In this document: piece after piece, positions 17,194 to 24,827 of the stretch | How positions within the stretch are numbered: position 1 is the first letter of the stretch | How the letters are laid out: every line of letters begins with the position of its first letter | Assembly (NCBI RefSeq): GCF_001458695.1 | Contig: NZ_LN885086.1 | Span: 1,410,001-1,442,000 of the forward strand | Length of the DNA: 32,000 bases | Direction of reading: 5' to 3' | Origin: Candidatus Nitrospira inopinata | GTDB taxonomy: Bacteria; Nitrospirota; Nitrospiria; Nitrospirales; Nitrospiraceae | Program-made: the position numbers and the translations under genes | The notes under the pieces: model-generated | Database searches by the model: none | Seen by the model: only the letters and a program-made list of their open reading frames with translations | What the model was told of the DNA's origin: nothing

Positions 17194-19185
17194 TTAGTCC
17201 TCGCTCTTGAGCGGCAGCCACACCTCGACCGTGACGCCGAGGCCGGGCGGACTGGCGATGGTCATCTGGCCGCGATGCCGTTCGATAATGTCATGGGTGA
17301 TGGTCAAGCCCAGCCCCACTCCCTTGGCCTTGCCGCTGGTGAAGAACGGCTCGAAGATCCGCTGGAGATCTTCCGGCGGGATGCCTTTTCCCGTATCGGT
17401 GAAGGTGAGGAGCACGCCGGAGTTGCGCCGGGCTTCGTCGGGTCTGATCGTAATGGTCAGGGTTCCGCCGCCGGGCATGGCGTCGAGCGCATTCATCATA
17501 ACGTTGAGACACACCTGTTGCAAATGCGGCCGCGACGCCGTGACGTGCGGGACGTCGGGTGCAATGAGCGTTCTGACGGCGATTCGTTGCTTGAGCATAT
17601 TGGGGCGGAGCAGCGCGAGCGTCTCATCGATCAACGACGGCAGATGACAAGGTTGGAGATCGAACGGGCGGGGGCGCAACTGACTCAAGTGCGACTCCAG
17701 CAGCCCGTCGATGCGCGCCGCTTCCCGGGCGATCAACCGACAACGGTCGCGGGCCGCTTGCGGCAGCGAATCCTGCTCGGCCAGGTGCGTGGCCAGGCTT
17801 CCCAGGCCGATCAGCGGATTGCGGATCTCATGCAGCAGTCCTCCGGCCAACTGGCCGACCAACTTGACCTGCTCGGTGTGCCGCAGGGCTTCGAGCATCT
17901 GTTCGCGTTCGCTCAAATCGGTCAAGATGGCCATGTAATACTGCGTGGTTCCGTCGCGATCCTTGACGGGACTTACGCTTTCCCATACGAGAAACTCCGA
18001 TCCATCCTTTCGGCGATTGACGAAACGGTCGGCGAACGGATGGCCGGCGCGGATCGTCTGCCAAAGACGCTCGTAGAATTCGGGCGAGTGCTTGCCCGAG
18101 TTTAAAATCGACGGCCGCCGCCCCAACGCCTCCTCTCGGGACCAGCCCGTCATTCGCTCCAACGCGGGATTCCATTCCAAGATGTGGCCGTTGGTGTCGG
18201 TCAGCATGATCCCGTCCCGCGCCGCCATGAATAGACGGTGATAGAAATCCCTCTGGGTGTCGGCTCGCCGGCGCCGCTCCAGGACGGTCGCCACCGTGTT
18301 GGCCACCGTACAGAGGAATTCAAGCTCCTTGTCGTTGAAGTCCCGTACGCGCACGGTGTGGGCCGCCATGACGCCGTACACCAGGTCTTCCACCAACATC
18401 GGCACACACACGCCGGCGACGTATCCGTGGTCGGTCAAGAACCGCGAGGGGGAAAAGCGGGTCTCCCGGCGCAAGTCGCGGACGACGACGGGGAGCCGTT
18501 CCCGAATGGCAAAACCGGCCTGCGAGTGGGTTCCGCCCTCGATGGTCAGCGTTCCGATGAGTTTCTCGTCGAGGCCGACGCCGGCCACCACGGTCAGATC
18601 ATCGTCCGATTCGCGGGCGATGAGAATTTTGCAAATTTCGACGTCGAGCGCGTCGGCGGTGTGCCTCACCGCTTCGTCCATGAGCGTCTGGGCCGAGGCG
18701 TCACTGACGGCGAGGGTGCCGATGCGGGCGAGCACCGATTGAAAGCGGGCCGCCTGCGAGACTTCCTGGGCAAGCAGGGTGCGTTCGGTCACGTCTTGCA
18801 GGATCAGCAGCACGCCGGTGTCGCCATGGAACGGCACGGCATTGAACCGGCATTCATAAACGAGCGGATGGCCGGCTCGGTCGGCGAGCCGATACGTTTT
18901 GGCGCCGCGCGCTCCGACCGCCTTGCGCGCCCACGTCGCCGCGTCGTCCAGCAGGCGGGCGCGAAGGGGGGCGAATGCGCCTCCGCCGCCGGGGGAGCCC
19001 ACGAGCGGCTCGCCGACCGCCTCGACCAACTCGCCGAACTGGGCGTTTTCGAAAATCAACGCCCCGTGACACAGAAAGCAAAGACCGCCTTCAATGCAAT
19101 CGCTGACCCAGGCGAGCACCTCGGCCGCGGAAAATTCCGACCGTGCGGGAACGGACGACTTGCCGGGATGGGGCGAAGGGGGCAT
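17194..19185 (-). CDS. cytoplasmic sensor histidine kinase (PAS-GAF-PAS-HisKA-HATPase)
   Basis: H-box LHEIRNPL. N/G boxes NVMMNALDAM, DTGKGIP, GLGLTI. GAF-like and PAS (DGIMLTDTNGHILEWNPALERMTGW) regions. No TM helix seen. The stop abuts the regulator's ATG. The ORF is open up to GTG 19290, but that extension is R/P-rich, so I prefer ATG 19185. Confidence 0.85.
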   Translation of the reverse strand: MPPSPHPGKSSVPARSEFSAAEVLAWVSDCIEGGLCFLCHGALIFENAQFGELVEAVGEPLVGSPGGGGAFAPLRARLLDDAATWARKAVGARGAKTYRLADRAGHPLVYECRFNAVPFHGDTGVLLILQDVTERTLLAQEVSQAARFQSVLARIGTLAVSDASAQTLMDEAVRHTADALDVEICKILIARESDDDLTVVAGVGLDEKLIGTLTIEGGTHSQAGFAIRERLPVVVRDLRRETRFSPSRFLTDHGYVAGVCVPMLVEDLVYGVMAAHTVRVRDFNDKELEFLCTVANTVATVLERRRRADTQRDFYHRLFMAARDGIMLTDTNGHILEWNPALERMTGWSREEALGRRPSILNSGKHSPEFYERLWQTIRAGHPFADRFVNRRKDGSEFLVWESVSPVKDRDGTTQYYMAILTDLSEREQMLEALRHTEQVKLVGQLAGGLLHEIRNPLIGLGSLATHLAEQDSLPQAARDRCRLIAREAARIDGLLESHLSQLRPRPFDLQPCHLPSLIDETLALLRPNMLKQRIAVRTLIAPDVPHVTASRPHLQQVCLNVMMNALDAMPGGGTLTITIRPDEARRNSGVLLTFTDTGKGIPPEDLQRIFEPFFTSGKAKGVGLGLTITHDIIERHRGQMTIASPPGLGVTVEVWLPLKSED

Positions 19186-19286
19186 GATGATAATCGGGGC
19201 CACGCGCGGCGTCTGGATCGGTCTCAGTATACCCGTCGGGGCGTGGAGGCGTCGAGGCCCAGGCCGCCGGAGAACCGCACGAGATG

Positions 19287-20006
19287 TCACGCCGCAGACG
19301 AGAGGCGGCCGGGAAATCGCACTCGTACCGCCGCAGTTCGTCTGTCGGTGCCGGCAAGGCCCAGATGTGCATGACAGGCCGATTCTACCAGCTCTCGCTC
19401 ATAGAAAAGCCGAATCGCGAGGTACTCTACCAGATCGATCGAATAGGCTTCCTGCCGGGGATGGCCCTTTTGATGGGAGCGCCGTTTGAGGTAGCCGACC
19501 CAGCTCAGCAGGGCGGCCTGATGTTGAGAAAAATACGGTTCCCGTGCGGCGCGCGGAATCCGCATGTCATGCACAAGATCCAACAGGGCATCTTCGGAGC
19601 GCTCGGGGAGGCCTCGGAGCGTGTCCGCCGCGTTTCGGATTCCAAGGAGCCGCAGGGTCAGGTCATTCTGTGCGAGGGCGCGCCAGGCCCGGTAAAATGT
19701 CTGCTCCCGCTGCGGCATGGCTCAGCGGGCTTCCCCCTCGTCGAGAAAGGCCCCGCACCACTTGACCAACTCGCGGTCACAAGCGGCGCATCAACGAGGA
19801 CGGATCGAACCGGACGGTTTCATTTCGAAGCGAGGCGCGAACGTTCGTTTCAGATTCTGCCGTCGCAGGGGTCTTTTTACAGATTTCAGATCTGCATTGC
19901 CGATGAGACTCGTCGCTATCAGGGTTGGTATGAGCGGACGGTCGGGAGCACGGGTGAAAAGGTCGTGCTCGACTGCAACGTGCGGAGGCCGCTGCCGGCC
20001 TATCAC
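19287..20006 (-). pseudogene. dabA: remnant of a DabA/MpsB-family (DUF2309) inorganic-carbon transporter subunit gene; N-terminal part only, with in-frame stops
   Basis: One reading frame gives ...CDRELVKWCGAFLDEGEAR*AMPQREQTFYRAWRALAQND...LVEYLAIRLFYERELV. This matches my recollection of S. aureus MpsB blocks (..MIKW..[27 protein letters not shown].. and ..LTDYLAIRLVVEQLL..). In-frame TGA at 19722-19724 sits where the family has Trp; a second TGA is at 19791-19793. The frame ends after about 143 further codons, although full-length proteins are about 800-1000 aa. Confidence 0.55.
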
Positions 20007-20171
20007 GAGACGTCGAGCGGGAAGGTGATGGGAATCTGTCGAGCCGATTCACGCCGGGAGTGAAGGGCTCTGCGCCGGCCCCCGCTCCTCGCGCCCGTCG
20101 CCGGCTCCGATGGAGGCCAGATGTGGAACGGTGCGAGTGGCGGGATATGAAAGGCGCGAGGCGATCGCGTG

Positions 20172-20486
20172 TCAGCCGATCTTTTCCGCCAATGACTCGA
20201 GCTTGTCGAGCGCGGCCGCAAATTTCTTGATGGACGACGCCACCTTGTCGAGCTTTTTCTTGGCGGCGTCCGCCTCCGCGTTGGCCGCATGGAGGGCCTC
20301 GGTCGCCTCTGCATATTCGGGCAAAGTCTCATCGACGACCCCGTCCACAAACACCTGAAGTTGTCCAGCGATTTTGGCCTGTTGACGGGTCAACTGCGTC
20401 CGCTCGGCCTTGCTCTCCGTTTTGATGATCAACGCCGTGATGTTCGACAGCGCCGCGCTGAGTTCCTCACCGAGGCTGTTGGCCAT
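20172..20486 (-). CDS. hypothetical 104-aa all-helical / coiled-coil protein
   Basis: ATG 20486 with AAAGGA upstream, 14 nt after the lipoprotein gene stop. A/E/K/L-rich heptad-like sequence. No family recognised. Confidence 0.55.
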   Translation of the reverse strand: MANSLGEELSAALSNITALIIKTESKAERTQLTRQQAKIAGQLQVFVDGVVDETLPEYAEATEALHAANAEADAAKKKLDKVASSIKKFAAALDKLESLAEKIG

Positions 20487-20499
20487 GGTCCACGTCCTT

Positions 20500-21414
20500 T
20501 CAGTGTGTAGGGATGATGGTCGCTAAGTGCTTGAGGGATCGCGCCCGTTCGGCGAACGATCGGATGTCCTCGACCGACCACTCGAAGTGATCGACGGCGC
20601 GGACTACCGCGGTATTGGCCTGTTTCATGGCTTGAGCCGCCTCGACGACGCGGGAGAGGATTTCGGTCCGCCGCATTCTGTTTTCATAAGCCAGCCGGAA
20701 GGCCCGGAGGGCGATTTTTCGGTCGTGGTACGTCTCGCCGTCGTATAAGGCGTTCGTCGCCTCGGCCATCAGCGGATCCTCGATGACTTGGAGTTGGAGC
20801 GCCACCCAGCCCCGTTTGGGGTCGAAGTCGCGGATGAGCAGATCGCAAAGACGATCGACCGCCTGTTGTGACGCTTTGACGATGGTGATCACCGCTTCCT
20901 TGCGTTTCCACTCGACCCAAAACCGGCCGACTCCTTGAACGGCCGTCGCGATGGCTTCGAGCTGGTCGTCTGACAGTTGCTGCCTGGCTTCCGGAATACG
21001 ACTAAGGCTGGCCGTAAATTCGTGACTGGCGGCGCTCAGGTCGGCCGATTGCGAATCGGCGACCAGGGCCGCGAGGGTTTTCCCATACCCTGCCAAGGCA
21101 TGGGTCGCTCCTGTGATGGTCTCGACGCGATTGAGCTCGAAGCCTCGATCGAGCGAGGTTTGATCTCCCAGATTGGGATCTTTGCTCTTTCCGCCGAGCA
21201 GGAGCCGCTCGATCGTCATGTTGATGGTGCCGTCGCGCATGGCCTGTAATTCGGAGGACGTGACGTCGCCGAGCGTGGCGGCGGAGTCGCTGAATTGGCT
21301 GACGGCCGCCTTTTGCTTGGCCGTGAGGGCGCAGCCGCTTGCGAAGCACAGCAGCAGGACAAGGGCGAGCGGGACGCCCCGCCTGGAATGAATTGTTGAG
21401 GTGAATGAGACCAT
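20500..21414 (-). CDS. hypothetical lipoprotein (304 aa, largely helical)
   Basis: ATG 21414 is preceded by AAAGGAG (5-nt spacer). Signal plus lipobox: RRGVPLALVLLLCFASGC. The ORF-track 5' extension to 21504 has no SD. Confidence 0.6.
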   Translation of the reverse strand: MVSFTSTIHSRRGVPLALVLLLCFASGCALTAKQKAAVSQFSDSAATLGDVTSSELQAMRDGTINMTIERLLLGGKSKDPNLGDQTSLDRGFELNRVETITGATHALAGYGKTLAALVADSQSADLSAASHEFTASLSRIPEARQQLSDDQLEAIATAVQGVGRFWVEWKRKEAVITIVKASQQAVDRLCDLLIRDFDPKRGWVALQLQVIEDPLMAEATNALYDGETYHDRKIALRAFRLAYENRMRRTEILSRVVEAAQAMKQANTAVVRAVDHFEWSVEDIRSFAERARSLKHLATIIPTH

Positions 21415-21869
21415 CGCGGCTCCTTTCTCAATGAGGCGAATCGGCGTTTGCTCCTCGATGATTCTGCACGGGCGCGCAACCGACGGTCGCGTCGTTCGCT
21501 TCATCCGCGTTGCCTTCCGTTCAGACCCGAAAGCGCTATGCTAAAATCCGGGGCGAAGTCTGTCAGGATTGAAACCAAAGCGCAAGACGTCAATCGTAAA
21601 AAGGAAGACGGACGAAAAGCCGACGGCGGGAGTCGAAGCGTCGTAAATCGCACATCCTCTCGGGCAACGGTAGATGCACCGTTTCGCCGACAACAGAAAC
21701 AAGCGGACTCTCTCCGAACATCCATCAAAGGAAACTCACCAGGAACACACCGTTTTTATTTCACCGGCGGTGTCAAAGGTGGAAAAGCAAACCGATGGTC
21801 TTGCGGCAAGGAGCGTGTTTCTATCCCCCGCGCCCCCGCAGGCCCCACGCGTTCTTTACGAGCAAGACA

Positions 21870-21903
21870 CCCGCCTGCCCAGCTAGTGCTCACGGCGGGC
21901 GGG
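21870..21903 (-). terminator. hairpin downstream of the S8 operon (terminator-like)
   Basis: CCCGCCTGCC (21870-21879) and GGCGGGCGGG (21894-21903) form a 10-bp stem with one G-U pair and a 14-nt loop. It lies about 45 nt downstream of the 91-aa gene stop. The U-tract is poor. Confidence 0.4.
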
Positions 21904-21947
21904 CGTCTCTTTGTCATGAAGAAAGCAATCGCCACCTGATTGGATTC

Positions 21948-22223
21948 TCACTCGCTGCTCGGCGCACCGCCGGCATCGGTGTCAGAAGATGACCCCGAAG
22001 GAGAGGTGGCTGCGCCCTCGATCGCTTCAACCAACCAGGATTGGGGTGAACCACCGTCCATTCCCTCTCGTGCCGTTGATGCCGGAAGTGTCTCGGCAAC
22101 CGCTTGAAGGAGCGTCTCGGATGGCCCTCCTCCATCCATTGTCGCTACGGGCGTGGGTAGCGATTGGTTGGCGATGGGGGAGGTGATCCCCGTTTGTTCG
22201 GCTGATTCAATGATGATTCGCAT
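21948..22223 (-). CDS. hypothetical acidic, low-complexity 91-aa protein with an internal repeat (last gene of the S8 operon)
   Basis: ATG 22223 is preceded by AAGGAGG (5-nt spacer), 14 nt after the upstream stop. S/T/P/G/E/D-rich. Repeat MDGGGPSETLLQAVAE / MDGGSPQSWLVEAIEG. Confidence 0.45.
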   Translation of the reverse strand: MRIIIESAEQTGITSPIANQSLPTPVATMDGGGPSETLLQAVAETLPASTAREGMDGGSPQSWLVEAIEGAATSPSGSSSDTDAGGAPSSE

Positions 22224-22236
22224 TCTTGCCTCCTTG

Positions 22237-22494
22237 CTAGTTTAAGACGGCATACCGTGCCTCGATGTTCACCGGATTGGGCGTAAGATTTTTGATCGTA
22301 ATCCAATACGTGATGTGGGTGCTCGATGCCCGCTCGACCGCCACGCTCCACTCGATCTGAGGACCCCCCGTTACTATCGGCGAAGTGGATACGACATACC
22401 ACACGACGTGCCATGCTTGCGGCCAACTGTGAGTGAACCAACGACGGGTGGCGCCGCCCGGAACAGTTCCCGTAAATTGCACTCCAACTCTCAT
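22237..22494 (-). CDS. free-standing 85-aa paralogue of the S8 protease C-terminal domain
   Basis: ATG 22494 is preceded by AAAGGAG. MRVGVQFTGTVPGGATRRWFTHSWPQAWHVVWYVVSTSP..GGPQIEWSVAVERASSTHITYWITIKNLTPNPVNIEARYAVLN aligns colinearly (roughly two thirds identical by eye) with residues about 531-616 of the adjacent S8 protein. Confidence 0.7.
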   Translation of the reverse strand: MRVGVQFTGTVPGGATRRWFTHSWPQAWHVVWYVVSTSPIVTGGPQIEWSVAVERASSTHITYWITIKNLTPNPVNIEARYAVLN

Positions 22495-22793
22495 GATGAT
22501 TCTCCTTTCAGTTTGACGTTCTGTGTCCTGAGTTACCAGCCAAGCACGGCGTACCGTGCCTCAATGCTCACGGGAACCGGTGTCAGATTTGTAATGCAGA
22601 TCCAGTAGGTGATGTGTCGGTCGGAAGCGCGCTCCACTTTCACCTTCCACTCGATCTGTGGTCCGCCGGGTCGAGGACTGGTCGGCACAACGGTCCAGAC
22701 GACGTGCCAATGCGCAGGCCAGCTATGAGTGAACCAACATTGGGTGCCATTTGCCGGGATGGTCCCGGTAAATTGAACGCCGACCCACGTTCT
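22237..22793 (-). repeat. tandem duplicated coding module of about 255 bp (stand-alone gene plus the 3' end of the S8 gene)
   Basis: DNA-level similarity is visible between 22237-22494 and 22536-22793. Shared blocks: taccgtgcctc, ccactcgatctg, gacgtgcca, tgagtgaaccaac and cc(c/g)gtaaattg, in the same order and spacing. Confidence 0.7.
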
Positions 22794-24383
22794 CGTCTCC
22801 AACGCACGGGCGATGAGTTGCCTCAAGTTAGGGCGGTTGCCGATACGCTGGGTGCGTGGACGGGCTGGATGGTTCTGAGGGTATCCCGTGCCGGTCATGT
22901 TGGGAATAAACGTAAATGCCGGTCCGTCCTCCTGTGGAGAACCGGTGGCTCGTAACAACTCGATGGCGCGGGCGGGGCTGAGGGGGATCCGTCCATGGGC
23001 TCGGAGCACTCCCTGCACGCAGGCCAACGCACCGACCACGATGGGAGAAGCGCTTGAAGTGCCGCTGAATTGATCCGTGTACCATTGGTTGCGGTCGGTT
23101 CCTCCCTGGAGGTCTCCGTACCCGGTCGAGGTCACTTCCCATCCCCATCCTTGCGCATCGACTCTGGCGCCGTAGTTTGAAAAAAAGCACCGTCCTCGAT
23201 CAGCGTACACGTCGCCCCAGTCTGGGTGGCGATTTCTGCCATGCGTCCCTGTTGGAGGCAAGCCTGCCCCAACGACCACTGCGCCGGAAGTGGGGTTGGC
23301 GGGGTTGAAGGGGTTTCTCCAACTTGTCGGAAACGTCCCTAGTTCTGGATGCCCAACAGGTCTTGTGTTGTAGATGGCGTCGTCCAGATTTTGCCCTCCA
23401 TTGCCAGCCGCTTCGACAACGATGATACCTTTGCTGACGGCGTAGCGAATGGCATCGAAGTCATCCGGCCACCATTCGATGGCAATGAAGCCGAATTGAC
23501 CGCTCCCGGCGGAACCGCGAGGGCCTGGCCGATGGACTTCAAGAAGGATAATGTCGCCCGGTCGCAGTCGATCGGCGGCAATACGGATAGCCTGGGCCGT
23601 ACCGTGGGTGACCAGAGAGACAGCGCTCACATGGGCGTCGGAGCTGATTCCCGTGATGCCGAATGTATTACGGTCTCCGCTGAATTCGCCAATGACCGCC
23701 GTGCCGTGATTCTCCGAGCGAAGCACGGAGGAGTTCGTTCCTGAAACCACGCCTCCTTGGTTTTGGGTTAAGTCTTCATGGGTGAAGCGCCAGCCCCACT
23801 CAATATCGATGATATTCACCCCGGCACCTCTCCCTCCCGGCAGAGTCCAGGCATGGCGCGCGTCGATGCCGACCGGAGCCGCGTTGAGATATTCCTGGCG
23901 GGCCGTAAAATCAGGCGTGTGGTGGGGAGGCTCATCGAGTTGTGGAGCCATATTGTTCAATCGGAACTCCGCCGGTTCCGCAGGGGGCTTTACGTATGCG
24001 GCGTCGACCTCCGGCATTTGCCGAAGCCTGTTCGCCAGTTCATCGAGTCGCTCATCGGGAGCCTCGACATGATAATAGACGGACAGATCCGGCACCTCCG
24101 AACCGGTCTCTCTGGCCAGGGAAGCGACCGTTTCTTGAAGCCGCTCCTCGCGCATGCCGAACAGCGGCTCAATCGAGACGTTTTCAGAAGCGAAAAAATT
24201 GGCCAAGGCGCTGACATCGGCTCCGATTGCAGAAGCCACGCCTTCTTTTGTTGCGCGTAGCCCGACCTCACGTTTTGCCACGACGATTAATTCTCGTTTT
24301 AACGCTGTGCCTTCATCAGCCTGTGAATTTCCAGGCGACGGAGGTCCTGTTTTTGACGGTTTTGCCATGGAAATGGCCTCCAT
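22533..24383 (-). CDS. S8 family (subtilisin-like) serine peptidase with an N-terminal I9-like prodomain and an unclassified C-terminal domain; no signal peptide seen
   Basis: Catalytic blocks: GAGVNIIDIEWG (Asp193, codon 23805-23807), ENHGTAVIGEF (His226), VEAAGNGG (oxyanion Asn328), SGTSSASPIVVGA (Ser443, codon 23055-23057). The N-terminus MEAISMAKPSKTGPPSPGNSQADEG has no hydrophobic stretch. Alternative ATG at 24368 with GGAGG upstream. Confidence 0.9.
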   Translation of the reverse strand: MEAISMAKPSKTGPPSPGNSQADEGTALKRELIVVAKREVGLRATKEGVASAIGADVSALANFFASENVSIEPLFGMREERLQETVASLARETGSEVPDLSVYYHVEAPDERLDELANRLRQMPEVDAAYVKPPAEPAEFRLNNMAPQLDEPPHHTPDFTARQEYLNAAPVGIDARHAWTLPGGRGAGVNIIDIEWGWRFTHEDLTQNQGGVVSGTNSSVLRSENHGTAVIGEFSGDRNTFGITGISSDAHVSAVSLVTHGTAQAIRIAADRLRPGDIILLEVHRPGPRGSAGSGQFGFIAIEWWPDDFDAIRYAVSKGIIVVEAAGNGGQNLDDAIYNTRPVGHPELGTFPTSWRNPFNPANPTSGAVVVGAGLPPTGTHGRNRHPDWGDVYADRGRCFFSNYGARVDAQGWGWEVTSTGYGDLQGGTDRNQWYTDQFSGTSSASPIVVGALACVQGVLRAHGRIPLSPARAIELLRATGSPQEDGPAFTFIPNMTGTGYPQNHPARPRTQRIGNRPNLRQLIARALETRTWVGVQFTGTIPANGTQCWFTHSWPAHWHVVWTVVPTSPRPGGPQIEWKVKVERASDRHITYWICITNLTPVPVSIEARYAVLGW

Positions 24384-24396
24384 AAGAAATTAGACG

Positions 24397-24669
24397 TTAA
24401 GGTAACTCATCCGGCGGCTTCACATAGACTCCCTCTACTCCTCTCGAGTGCTGGAGACGGCTCATCACACGCTGGGCCGTCGCATAGTCCGCAACCTCCA
24501 CGAGAAAATACCGCCGGAGGAGGGGATCGTCCGTACGAGAATGCATCGGCTTCAACACGAGTCCGAATGTTTCCACGATCTTCAACAATTCCTCTGATTC
24601 TGCACCGGGAGGCCCGTGTCGATGAAGCGCCTCGGCCGCCTCCGACGACACGTGAACGATCACCTGCAT
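24397..24669 (-). CDS. free-standing 90-aa I9-like (subtilase prodomain-like) protein, first gene of the S8 operon
   Basis: ATG 24669 is preceded by AAAGGAGGTG (6-nt spacer). ...YFLVEVADYATAQRVMSRLQHSRGVEGVYVKPPDELP parallels the S8 N-terminal region ...VYYHVEAPDERLDELANRLRQMPEVDAAYVKPPAEP. Confidence 0.65.
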   Translation of the reverse strand: MQVIVHVSSEAAEALHRHGPPGAESEELLKIVETFGLVLKPMHSRTDDPLLRRYFLVEVADYATAQRVMSRLQHSRGVEGVYVKPPDELP

Positions 24670-24827
24670 TAGTTGCACCTCCTTTCATAGGCCGACTTTG
24701 CCGGCGATTTGCGATGGTCGCTGTGCTTAAGTGCCTCCGCCACCTGCTGGGGCGTCTCAGGTCGCCATGACCGTTCTGCCAGTGGGCGTGGCGGCCAAGA
24801 GGTGGTTACGATGTACTACGTATATCA

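Noticed and set aside
15997-19374. Series of long plus-strand ORFs (15997-17019, 17119-18105, 18238-19374)
   Set aside because: All are antisense to the sigma-54 regulator and histidine kinase, which have full motif sets. These are shadow ORFs.
19722-19793. In-frame TGAs in the dabA-like frame read as selenocysteine or programmed readthrough
   Set aside because: One TGA replaces a conserved Trp, not a Cys/Sec position. I saw no SECIS-like hairpin. The gene also lacks most of its C-terminal part, so decay is the simpler explanation.
19284-20063. 259-aa plus-strand ORF across the dabA-remnant region
   Set aside because: The opposite strand carries the DUF2309-like blocks. The plus-strand product has no motifs and overlaps the kinase 5' end.
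20150-20170. Terminator after the coiled-coil gene (CGCGA-GGCGA-TCGCG, includes GCGATCGC)
   Set aside because: It has only a 5-bp stem and a weak U-tract, which is not convincing.
22237-22793. Diversity-generating retroelement (TR/VR pair) as an explanation for the duplicated module
   Set aside because: There is no reverse transcriptase in the window. Differences between the copies are spread over all four bases and both copies are coding, which fits ordinary paralogy.
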